Positions 54,601 to 64,000 of a stretch of 64,000 bases of DNA are shown piece by piece. Source of the DNA: Mayamaea pseudoterrestris (Eukaryota); the NCBI GenBank assembly GCA_027923505.1, contig BROI01000011.1, forward strand, positions 682,001-746,000. Reading direction: 5' to 3'. Positions within the stretch are counted from its first letter, which is position 1; each line of letters begins with the position of its first letter. The position numbers and the translations under genes were made by a program. The notes under the pieces are model-generated. The model searched no databases, was not told the DNA's origin, and saw only the letters and a list, made by a program, of their open reading frames with translations.

Positions 54601-55315
54601 TTGTTCCCTGCCCAACCGAACTTTCCTCGTAGCTCGAATGCAGCTGCACCGTCCGTCCTCGACGATCCTGGGTACCGGGCCAGCCAACATAACCTCCACT
54701 GCTCGAGGATTGCTGCGGACTTGGCGGGGCAGCTGGAGGAGCAACTTCAATTGGTTTTGCGGCAGCTTCCTCCTGCTCCTGCTGTTTCGCTCGAGTCGCT
54801 TTCAATGCAGCGGCAGTGGCGGCTACAACTTCGCGCTTGCTGGATCCTCCGCCAAACAAGGAAGAGAGTCGAGCTATGCGGGAACCACTCTTTCGCCCCA
54901 AATTAACCAACGAGGCAGGCGGCGATGGCGTGCAGCGAAGAGACGGTGCTGCATAGTCGGCATTGGAATCAGACTTCTTCTCTTCCCAGGAAGGAGATCT
55001 GTATTGATCGTAGCGTGACAAATGATGCGAGTGCGAATGCAAGTCTTCTTGACGATCAAACTTCAATGTTTCATCCATCGGCTCGGTAGCTTTCAACTTA
55101 TCGTTTGGTCGGCTGCTGGCATGCTGATCACTCTTGCTGCTGCTACTCGTGCTGCTCGTTCCTTTCAAGCTACGGCCATGGCGCGAGGACGAGACAGAGG
55201 CATTGTTGACTGAAAGATGCGGATCAAATCCGTTGTAGACAGACCCAGGCAATGGCCGCGTCTCGGAACGACGACTCGGAGAGTAGGTTGACATGAGAAT
55301 TGGTCGACGACTCAT
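51692..55315 (-). CDS. Hypothetical ~1200-aa protein: disordered N-terminus, globular middle segment, C-terminal coiled coil
   Basis: Long uninterrupted ORF; ordered-looking block FALFEMRSRIMEKDIERGLERRGG..IVSKAWRDG..CPSLGPRHMRG followed by heptad-rich helices. No family recognised. Confidence 0.75.
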   Translation of the reverse strand: MSRRPILMSTYSPSRRSETRPLPGSVYNGFDPHLSVNNASVSSSRHGRSLKGTSSTSSSSKSDQHASSRPNDKLKATEPMDETLKFDRQEDLHSHSHHLSRYDQYRSPSWEEKKSDSNADYAAPSLRCTPSPPASLVNLGRKSGSRIARLSSLFGGGSSKREVVAATAAALKATRAKQQEQEEAAAKPIEVAPPAAPPSPQQSSSSGGYVGWPGTQDRRGRTVQLHSSYEESSVGQGTTFNDDSYQQEDDEGDDVLHNDVGTQWPEMMMTKPFVSVAPGVDVSFESITTINSSFSKSPARLQRDQVQIETEEEMQARRMEPRQQRRQEYSDMFDLADAIAGTSNHYSSPEFKSHPTARAELAHRQQPPRVNVRSLIQKRQAADPQGIVFAGATRSEPEPFVDFDGSRHFATQQHEGLGISATVSSGYKKTSVYSNPVDYDPYGTRERMVDSNIVLPPTREALAANERVAPPASRAFANSQKFRGLVDKTRDVPCLMDDADSESMTSSKATSTFSSSLPQTTLHIHPDPPARSVVSFERSPRRIVAFDEQEEIGAPQLLDHDDESDVFDGVSAKDSDVFDDLSHLDARSRNSLSPRRSSRSRGSYPESIAEEEEEDVQIVLLGGGLTAIQTSKKDFTDRKTASDYDDNLTNSDIDQFGFASTPAYEDMMVAGLKHSSSLLGIQSNFSSPTARRQVSGGSESGSSLFTDPYELDRPSPVTDGSSEYAIDPAHMKLLVRTYRKFSDKVNVKISLEEFEKEEDEHKAFALFEMRSRIMEKDIERGLERRGGTVVVDDLILTAYNRMAHRIRDAVIVSKAWRDGTSPKDVITSALLTGRHEHTFFIRRPSRPNGRVNDSMSSCGSFYPNSSMQYWWEPVEWMDDATFNQFRCPSLGPRHMRGVDMFTIGDCQSMLLKLTNERCAELRLELNDATRRQLEAEEQLAAEGDVGDGMMTDAEVAYLGSMEDVKTISRELVQAEQSFNLVRERIEKLVQKYEHLLSKMDTESFAGASSIMTYESSYISEHDSAYWHAMEERERAVWARRAQRAEVKAQIAAREALLLKQQARMFQEQKQRELEQLQQKLNDLQSESSFSPVDRSHTVKLAQRFAMHRHDEVDDDESMHEEQDGQSDRNNLDNVKKRFRDRMKDRMQQNSQPISAPTSVQRFGGGPEPVKRHLDPALRDLFRSAGEEMCQQLDFYERSLRAVMDEPN

Positions 55316-55764
55316 GTGAACGAGTGGTTTGGGGTGCGCGAGTCTCGATTGCTGCGCGGCGCGCCAAGAGTCTCGTATCAAAGTCGCAAGCTACCTTATG
55401 TATGTAGCCGATCGCTCGCACTGAAACTCTTTATAATTTACGCAGCTCCGTCGCCTATCTCACTACTCTGTCGGGTGCAATGCAAGTGATGTGTGTGTCG
55501 TGTTGATGAGCCAGCACCCATGGCGAGGACGGTCGTCCTCGGTCGCGCGGAGTCTTGTGAGCGTGACAAGAGCCGACGGACGCGGAACAATTCAACGGAC
55601 CGAAATTTGCTGCAATGCTCATCAGGGTTGAGGGTTATTGTAATGAATGCTCGTAAGTAAAAGATCTCCTTTCACCAAGAACTCGCAGCAAGCATCTCCA
55701 TCGTGCGTCAACCATAAAGTCTCCCGCTTGCTTCTCCATGGTCAAGGCGACAGGAGATGCTCGA

Positions 55765-55972
55765 GTACTGTTTGTTCTGCAGTGCCAAAAACTTTGAAAA
55801 TCAAAGTTATTGGCAGTACACTGTGGACTACAGTGCCAAGAACTTTGAAAATCAAAGTTATTGGCACTACACTGTGACGTACAGTGCTTTGAAAATCAAA
55901 GTTATTGGTAGTACTCTATGAACCACAGTGACTGGGTTTCAAAGTTTGTGGCAGTACATTATGGAGAACAGT
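55765..55972. repeat. Minisatellite family A, locus 3 (4 units, 43-51 bp; long units palindromic)
   Basis: cagtgccaa(a/g)aactttga-aaa-tcaaagttattggca(g/c)tacactgtg; tcaaag cores at 55801, 55852, 55896, 55939. Confidence 0.9.
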
Positions 55973-56091
55973 CGTAATGGTCATTAACCGAAGCTTAATT
56001 GACGTGATGAGTCATTGGGCATATATATGACGTCTTCAAGAACTATCAAAGTCATTTGGAAACTTTTACACACGACCCGATTAACGCGGCG

Positions 56092-56226
56092 CTCGTTGCC
56101 ACGACGAGAGGATCGTGACAGAACTGGCTTGGATCTCGCGAGTTGTACATATCGAGGCTCTTGCTGCCATGACGAGAGGACCGCGACAAACAGGCTTGGA
56201 TCTCGCGTTTGTATGATATGGAACGC
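56092..56226. repeat. Tandem dimer, 68-bp period
   Basis: tgcca(c/t)gacgagagga(t/c)cg(t/c)gaca..ggcttggatctcgcg..ttgta twice (gacgagagga at 56103 and 56171). Confidence 0.8.
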
Positions 56227-56371
56227 CGAATATTCCTAGATAAGCTTGTCACTGAATGCCACGGAGCGGCTTTAAGCGTGACAGCGGAGTATCACACAGT
56301 ATACGGCTGGCAACTCATTCCAAAACTAACATTGAAACGATATCATCATCTACTTATGCTTGTGTTAAACT

Positions 56372-59300
56372 TTAAACAAAATGAGCCGAATTCACCTCCA
56401 AATCTTGCAGCTCCTCCACAAAAGTTGATCCGCCAGATGACTGAGGACTGGCCATTAAACTGCTCGACGCTTCCACGGAAAGCACCGTGTATCGAAGCTC
56501 GCACGTTAATTGCGCCGTTGGACCTTCCATTCTTGACGCATCCGCCGATAGAACGCACCAGGCATACCCCGTCATGCTTGGAGGGAGTCGCTGAATGGGA
56601 ACTTGGATGAGCGGCTGGATGGCATCGTCCGACGACTCGGCCACGACAAAGGCAATGTCCGCCAAGGATCGAGCAACCTTGTTGGAGAGGCCAACCGAGT
56701 TGGTAATTTTGGCCTGCACGACGAGAAAACGGTGAAAGAAATGCTTGATGATCATAACGTCTGGCATGGACGAGTTGCTGCCAAGGCTGCTGGTCCGCGC
56801 GCGAAATGGATTCGTTGAATGAAGGGGCTCTCCAAGATTAAGGGTCTTTAGCTGTGGGACTGTGTGCAGGTTAGACTGAGCTTGGAGCTGCGCAGTTGTG
56901 AGCTGGTCCTTGAGACGAAGATAGCGAGCGCGCAATAACGCCGACATGACTGTGAGGCGACGCACTTGAGACTCGCTGTCAACAAGAGCGGGGATGAGGA
57001 ATGGTCGTGCCACTGCCGAAACTGGAACATTCGATGGAAGCAGCCTCAACGCCGCAGCACGATCAATGGCTCCTCTGCGTAGCGCTAACACCTGAATTGC
57101 AGCCGTTATCCCTTTACCAGTGTCCTCTGATTCCAACGCCACCCGGACAAGAGGCAAATAGGGATTATCCTCGACATTCACTTCCTGAAATCGATCGTCG
57201 TCATGCACTGTCGAGTCGTTTCGGCGTGACACATTTGCATCATGTCTCGCCTTGTGGCGACCGAAGCGATCATCACAATAGGCGAGGGCAAGATCTAAAT
57301 TTTGCAAATCTCGATACAGGATTCGAAGTGCGTCTTCGTGTCGACCCATTCGTCCAAATAACAGGGCTTTTTCATGGAGAAACGTTGATGGAATTGTTTC
57401 CAGTAATCGTTCCGCTCGAAACTTGGCAGGTGGCCATCGCAAAAGCTTTAAAAGTTTTGCATGGTAAAGCTTTCCCAAATCAGATTTGTCTCTTTCACTG
57501 TCATCATCACGCCTCTCAACAATCACTCCTTCTAACAAGAGAAACGCCAACTCATCGTGAAAATCAGAAATCAGCTTTTGTAATTTTGCATCAATAGGGA
57601 GGAAATCATATTCGTCGTCCGGCGGACGTGCACTCTCAACACCAATCGCTGATTCTAAAAACGTTACTACAAGAGCGCGGCTTGTCTCAAGTGGAAGCAT
57701 GAGCTTGTCGTTCGTAGGGCCGTCACTCTGGGTAGACATCGAGGGGACAACGGAACTCAGTAACTCAATTACTAGCTTGACTTCGTCGGGCCGTGCCAGG
57801 GGATCATCGGTCGCTCGAAGTGAACGCCACTGCAACTCATTTTGGGGATGCACAGTTGTAAATATAGATAGGCCAAGTCCAGGGTTGACCTCAAGTAAGC
57901 GCCTTGTCGCAGGTGAATCGATTACAAGCTTGTGTCCTTCCTTCCCTGATGTCCACAGCTCGCTGAGATGTGTCGCAGTGTATGATTCATACTTGATTTT
58001 TGACCAGGTCCCCCGCGTGCTTGCACTCGTTGAATCAGGTTGCCCTCGATGGAGTTTATCATAGGCAATTTCAAATGCTCGCTCATGCTGCGAAAGGGAA
58101 AATGAATAAGAGTCAATCTCGATGCCCAGTTAACACATTCAATCGACTTCGAGCACCAAAACTTTACCTTGCCACATGCGCGCAGTAGCCAAATTGCAGC
58201 TTCGACAATGTCCGTGTACATGGAAGCTTGAGTTGTTTTAGGTCCCCTGGCAATCGGAGTCGGTGACGAGCCCGAAACAAGAGTGAACAACGACGACGAT
58301 TCTTTCAGCATCTTGTCTGCCACCATTTCACATACAACTTGCGCAGCAGCAGATACATAGGTAGCGGAGTCTTGTATAACTATACCAAGCTTCTCGGCAC
58401 ATGAGATAGCTGCTCGACTAGCCAAATTTGATTGAGGAGGCGACACTTGCATGCACACGAGACAGAGCAAAGCGCTTCCAACAAGCAATGCATCAGGCGA
58501 CGCGACCGAAGTAACATTAGGAACAACCACACCACGTCCCGATGTACTTCTTGTTAGAGACGTTAACGAACCATGATGCACGTCGTTCAAAGTGTTTTGG
58601 GCAATCTCCGTTGGCCATCCAGACTTGCCACCGCTCGCAAAGTCTGTCAAACCCAAAACTGCTTCCAAGTATTGCTGCAGTAACAGTCTTGCCTGCTGAT
58701 TGGGTTCAGGACCGACATATGAGGTTGCCGTGAAGCTTGAATGGATGGCTTCTGCAAGTTCGACGCGAGGAAATCCGCTTGCGCCAAATGCATCTATTGC
58801 CAGCCGCATCAATCTGTCCGACAAATCTTGCGCCGTATCTGCGTGACACTGCAAGACTTTGCCAGCGCCAGAATACGAGGCTGCTACGATTGATGAATGC
58901 CCTTCATCAGTTAGCGTCCGCAAACAAAAATAATCATTCGGCCGGCCAATCTCCACGGTTCGTAGCGAAACAGCAAGGCAGGACGGAGACCGAATACTGA
59001 CAAGTCCATCGCTCGCCAGAATGGCAACCCAAGGCCAGGAGGTTGCCGCCGCCAATATGGGAGAAGCGCACGTCACCGTTCCGTTTCGCGGCTTGCTGCA
59101 CGAGACTCGTGGTGAAGAATACGTGTAGAATAAGTCCACAACGGCGCAGTCACGCCCATTAGCCAAGAAGACCAACGACCAATCTGGATCGAGCGTCAAA
59201 TCGGGAATATCCAAGACAATAACAGGATACACCTGACTAGATTGTGAAAATGATAAGACCTTGACACATTCACTAGTTGACGAAACTTGCTTTGACGAAG

Positions 59301-60294
59301 GCGGACCCTCCACGTAATGGTTATACATCGTGGTGCTGACTTCCGCCCCCGCCACGGCATAAAATGCAGTTCCCACGGCACAAACGGCGACTTGTCCATT
59401 TGCTGTCAGCGCGAGACTATCAGCTCCACTGCGTGCTCCAGGAGCCGGTAACGTTGCTTGGAAGGTGTAGCGCTTCGAACTGCCAGCGGAAGCAAATGCT
59501 CCGCGGCTGTGTGGATTGCCGGACACATCCTGCGGCCAAAATAAGGTACTCATAGACTGTAATTCTGCAGCAAGCTTGCTATTGTGATTGTTTCCCACGC
59601 TAAAGGTAGCGAGATTTCTTCCAGCCGTATATACTAGCCCCGTGGCCTTATGCCAGACAGCAGCCGACATGCGCGGCAGCAAGTTATTCATTGTCTTGGC
59701 AGCAGAACCAAGTTTCGTCTGTGAAGCTCCAGCTGGCGCTGGCATGGTCAAGATTTTCCAGTGACCTTGCTCTAGTGATGCCAAGTGCGCCGCCCAATAC
59801 TGGTTGGACTTGGTCGGAGCAGCGATTGCAGCGGACTCTGTAGACTTGTCCGGTTGATCATCCACCAGCAATAGAAATACATGCGGCGCCATTTGACGGA
59901 TTGTAACAATGGATCCCGGAAGCTTTTGTGGTGCGAGATCGACCGGATAAAAGCTTCTTGGTAGAGCGTCTCCGCTGTTAGATGCTGCATTTTGCAAAGA
60001 TCCAAGTGGATTCTGCACCGGTTTGTTGTTCCGGCTATGACTAGCCAGCGGCGACGATGGAGCTCCATTATGCCGACGCAAATTCGGAGCAAACGTTCGA
60101 TAATGCAAGCTACCTTGTTCAGTCCCAAAGATAACTGCTATGACATGCGAGGAAGCTTCCGAAACGGCTGCATCAAAGGGGTTGTTTGAAGATGAGGCAG
60201 CTGATGACAACGAACTGCTGTCGCGAGCAGCAAAGACACACAGAGAACGGGGCTGCTCGCTCGAAAGCAAGTCCCAGGTAGATTCAATTGACAT
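56372..60294 (-). CDS. Vps39/TGFBRAP1-like tethering-complex protein with a C-terminal gamma-COP-appendage-like domain, ~1280 aa; exons 60294-58168, 58087-56372
   Basis: Intron 58088-58167 (aag|gtaaag...ttcgcag|cat) gives one open frame. Beta-rich N-terminus (CNH-like PILAAATSWPWVAILASDGLVSIRS) and clathrin-repeat-like HEKALLFGRMGRHEDALRILYRDLQNLDLALAYCD..IDRAAALRLLP. Confidence 0.8.
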
Positions 60295-60742
60295 GATAAC
60301 TAGGTTTGTAGCCTAGTCGTTCGATAGGTCGACTATCACTGAACCAACGCCATGGTGAATGTCGGCGGTCCATCGCGCTTGCGAATCGCGAGTTGCGTTG
60401 CGATGTCTGAACGGTTTAGACTTGTCGGAACGTGACTTGATTCGTGGTTGGTGGTGGTGGCGGTCGCGGTGGCAGCCCGCGCTTGCATGTGCTCTCCGAT
60501 TCGGCAGCATCATCGATCGATCATTGGTCGAGGAAGGAAAACCTCCTCGTTCGTTGGTCGAACCCAGCAAGATACGCGGCCATTGCAGCACCAACAATTG
60601 CATGAAGTTTCGTAGCGAGGCTAAACCATCTCTTACTGTTATACATCAACTGGAACCTTGTTATCCGGAATCTTTATAAGACGCCGATCATCAAGGGAAG
60701 GAAGGAGTTGAGGAACGGATCTTTCGGGTGCTTTTTATTGGA

Positions 60743-61903
60743 ATGTCTGCGAGTGGACGAGGAGAGGATACATATTTGACAAGTTTACCTGGCCGAAGCA
60801 CTAGAGCGCATGGGAATAGCAGCCAAGCAGCTGCACAAGCAGCAACACCTCCATCCATAGTTTATCCAATTGTCATAACTGACAGTGACGTCCTGTGCGG
60901 TAGAGGGAACGCAATCGCAAGCCACGCTGGTTGCTTGCGCTTTCGAAAACTCGTTAGTTCACACACGGATGAGAGTTACATCTCGTCCTACAAGACGATC
61001 GAGAAGCGCGCCGTGGCCGACCAGATCATTTCCCATATCAAAAATCTCAATCCTCCAGGACGCTTTCTCACCAAGCCAAGCAAGAACCGTTCCACCAAAC
61101 TAGAAGGACCATGGGAGGAACTGACGTACGAAGCTGCGCTCAAGAAGACAGTGCAAGCGCTCAGGGACGCCAACCGCGAAGATCGCAGCGGGTACGCAGT
61201 CGATGTACCAGTTCCCGAAGATGTTAAACAGCACCAAGCCAAGATTGAAAGGCGAGGACTCACCAAGAGGCAATTTGCCAAGGAGGCGGCATTGGATTTC
61301 GTTGCCAAGAGAAGGGACCCATCTGCGGCTTTAACACCAGGCGATTTAATCTTTTCGGTCCCCGACCCTACAGTAGGATCTCCTCCAGCTTCACCGCCCG
61401 ACTTTGCGTCTATTGGATCATCGCAGTGGACAAACAGCAGTCCAGAAATTGCAGCTGCCGCAGCGGCGGTTGCCTCGTACAGCCATCTTCCCAGCGTAAC
61501 TCCCGCCACGGCTGCCCGGGCCCCGCATCAGGCGCTCTTTGAGGACGACCGTAAAATGCCTGCCCAGGACCCATTCTTTCACGCGGACGCTCTGTCAACT
61601 CCGCATCCAGACGTGTCTCATTCTCAGTTTGCATTTCAGGATTCTCCCCACGACTCTGGAGAGGAAAGTTTTGCCAATGCCTTCAGGCAAGCAACCAGCG
61701 GCCCAAGCCAAAACGACTCTCTTGATGTCATGGCCGCCAGCGCCGCTGCCGGTCTCGACGAGTCTGCTTCGCCACAGCACCATCATGCGCTAGCTCACCA
61801 TCACGCTAGCGACAACGACAACGACTATTCCAGTCTCTTTCATGACGTTGATGATGAAGCGGCCATTGCTGCCGAACATGCCTTTGACGATCCAAAATAC
61901 TAG
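60743..61903 (+). CDS. DUF6824-type protein (family expanded in diatoms)
   Basis: DVLCGRGNAIASHAGCLRFRKLV..EKRAVADQIISHIKNLNPPGRFL..WEELTYEAALKKTVQALRD, then a low-complexity tail. Confidence 0.85.
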   Translation: MSASGRGEDTYLTSLPGRSTRAHGNSSQAAAQAATPPSIVYPIVITDSDVLCGRGNAIASHAGCLRFRKLVSSHTDESYISSYKTIEKRAVADQIISHIKNLNPPGRFLTKPSKNRSTKLEGPWEELTYEAALKKTVQALRDANREDRSGYAVDVPVPEDVKQHQAKIERRGLTKRQFAKEAALDFVAKRRDPSAALTPGDLIFSVPDPTVGSPPASPPDFASIGSSQWTNSSPEIAAAAAAVASYSHLPSVTPATAARAPHQALFEDDRKMPAQDPFFHADALSTPHPDVSHSQFAFQDSPHDSGEESFANAFRQATSGPSQNDSLDVMAASAAAGLDESASPQHHHALAHHHASDNDNDYSSLFHDVDDEAAIAAEHAFDDPKY

Positions 61904-62533
61904 AAATGGACTACAAGAACACTACACACCATACACACATACACGCATGGAGGCCGACCAGCAAATAATGCAGCATTAATGGTGGCCTCCACTTTTCTAC
62001 TCACACCATACACTCAAGACTAGACGCAAGGGAACCAAACAAATACCGTAATTGGCTGACATTCACTTTGAACATCACTAACTGCCAATGATAGACTAGC
62101 CCTTTAAAATATACAATATACTTGTAAGCTACCTATGGATCGTTGGCTCGGTGGGTACAATTCTCTGCTAGCTATGAATATAGCAGTGAGTTTCGAAAGC
62201 GTCCGAATGTCTATGCGGTACTTAAAACTGCTGACGTCATCGTCATCGAAGCACACGCATTCGTTTCGCTTTTGGGAAGCGCGCGAGCAAAATCGTGACG
62301 AGCGGAATCTCTAGCGCACAGCCAACCGAGCAGATAGATTCGAAAGACAACCGAAACGCAGCAACGCCAAAAGTCTAAAGTCGGCATTGCTGCAGGAGGA
62401 GCGAAGGGTGAATTGTTCAGGTCATCAGTAGTGCATACAGAAACAATTGGTACGGAGGCACGAGAAGAAAAGACAGTTCACACTTCACACTCCTCATCAC
62501 CGTGAGAACACATCATCTATCAATCATCCATCA

Positions 62534-64000
62534 ATGAAACGTCTCTTGCTGCTGTTCATATCTTTGGCTGTCAGTTCTGTTTCACTCAAGCTGCGTCCAC
62601 TCATTAGGCGCCGTCGACATGCGTCTTTCCAAAAGCGATTCTACCGCGACAATTCTGATCTCGATCAGCCGCAGCAGTCATTAGAGGCTCCACCTCTTTC
62701 TAAACGAGAAGACGATGCTTTACTCCGCAATGCGAATGCTCCACCGACCAATGACAAGTTGCTCCACGACAAAGTGGACTTGAAAGCTCCGATCAAATGC
62801 GCACACGAGCTGAGGCGACGAGTGCTAGACGAAGGCGTGGAACTCAAGAAGTTACAGGTTCTTGTCGACACGGCAACAACGCCAAATCTTTCCCAACTGT
62901 TGGATCATAATGTTGTTCAACTTTTGGCAGAACGCTATCGGACCAATTCGACTCCAGGTCATCGATCAGATAATGCAACGCTTGCATTAAGTATTGAAGG
63001 CGGCGGCATGCGCGGAGCAGTCAGTGCTGGAATGGCATCAGCGATTGCCTGCCTGGGATTGATTGACTCGTTTGACGTAATCTACGGGAGCTCTGCTGGA
63101 TCTGTCATTGGAGCGTACATGGTATCCCGTCAAATGTGTATGGACGTTTACGTGGACATTTTGCCGGCCGCCAAGCGTACGTTCGTTTGCGTCAAGCGAA
63201 TGCTCTCTGCCATTGCTGGAAATGCGATTGATCTGGTTTTGTACCGAGGCTCTCCCAAATATGGCCTAGCAAGCCCGGGAATGAACATTTCATTTGTATT
63301 GGACGGGATCATGCACGAGAATGAAGGGCTTCGACCAATTGATATTGAACGCTTTGAGAAGAACGACAAGCTTCAGCCACTCCGCATTGCATCATCGTAC
63401 GTCCAGGATGGAAAGCTGAAGACGCGATGCTTTGGGACGGAAGAGTTCTTTCCTGTGGGCGACGATGTGATGCAAAGGTCCGATGGACTGCGACATGGCT
63501 TGTTTGCATCGCTCGAGTCGTCCATGGCCGTTCCGGGTGCGACTGGTCCTCCGGTTCCGATTGTTGTCAAGAATGAGACGCTTTCATTCTTTGATGCCTT
63601 TTGTTTCGAGCCCATTCCCTATCGATCAGCAGTAGAGGATGGAGCGACGCATGTATTGGTTCTTGCTTCTCGACCTGAAGGCTTTCAGCCCAAGACAAAG
63701 CCAGGCGTTTATGAGCTTGGAGTTGCACCAATCTACTTTCGGTCCCATGGCGAAAAAGAAGTGGCTCGATTCTTTGAACGAGGCGGTCAGCAATATATAT
63801 ACGCCGAAGATTTGCTGACTCTGGAGGAAGGAAAGCGTTCCAAGGAAGCAGTGACGGTACCACCGCCTCGGGTCTTGTATGGCGTCGACCCTGATACAGA
63901 GACGCAGCGTTGCGCGTCAAATCGAGAAAACTGGAAAAAGGCGCATCTGTTGCCCCTCAAAGTTCCTCAAGGCACTCCAGAATTGGCCACACTAGAACAA
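62534..64000 (+). CDS. Patatin-like phospholipase with signal peptide, 3' end beyond window
   Basis: Not in the ORF track because no stop occurs in the window. Read from ATG 62534: MKRLLLLFISLAVSSVS.., LALSIEGGGMRGAVSAG, FDVIYGSSAGS (GxSxG), SSMAVPG, FFDAF (DGG variant). Confidence 0.9.
   Translation, partial: MKRLLLLFISLAVSSVSLKLRPLIRRRRHASFQKRFYRDNSDLDQPQQSLEAPPLSKREDDALLRNANAPPTNDKLLHDKVDLKAPIKCAHELRRRVLDEGVELKKLQVLVDTATTPNLSQLLDHNVVQLLAERYRTNSTPGHRSDNATLALSIEGGGMRGAVSAGMASAIACLGLIDSFDVIYGSSAGSVIGAYMVSRQMCMDVYVDILPAAKRTFVCVKRMLSAIAGNAIDLVLYRGSPKYGLASPGMNISFVLDGIMHENEGLRPIDIERFEKNDKLQPLRIASSYVQDGKLKTRCFGTEEFFPVGDDVMQRSDGLRHGLFASLESSMAVPGATGPPVPIVVKNETLSFFDAFCFEPIPYRSAVEDGATHVLVLASRPEGFQPKTKPGVYELGVAPIYFRSHGEKEVARFFERGGQQYIYAEDLLTLEEGKRSKEAVTVPPPRVLYGVDPDTETQRCASNRENWKKAHLLPLKVPQGTPELATLEQ

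Overview
Compact, intron-poor eukaryotic nuclear DNA of roughly balanced GC, with short GT-AG introns (mostly 68-110 bp) and very short intergenic spacers. Gene content (DUF6824-type protein, bipartite plastid presequences, CRT-like transporter, a Pro/Thr/Gly-rich secreted protein) points to a diatom, probably a pennate; the species cannot be fixed from sequence alone. About 27 protein-coding genes are present, including peroxisomal 2,4-dienoyl-CoA reductase, a large kinase, TFIIH p44, UDP-glucose 4-epimerase, a PPR-like protein, Zim17/Hep1, a SAPS/PP6R subunit, IscA, DHX37, Cwf18, eRF3 and a patatin, plus one multiply frameshifted pseudogene. Most notable: (1) a Vps39/TGFBRAP1-like tethering protein whose C-terminus looks like a gamma-COP appendage domain rather than the usual zinc finger; (2) two different minisatellite families with a ~42-bp period recurring at five loci, four of them between divergently transcribed genes; (3) an eEF3-type HEAT domain protein without ABC cassettes next to eRF3; (4) a BIN4-like topoisomerase VI accessory subunit; (5) an F-box-like motif upstream of a kinase domain; (6) a six-exon modular mucin-like secreted protein. 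No rRNA, tRNA, CRISPR array or autonomous transposon was recognised. All homology calls are from recalled motifs, not database searches.
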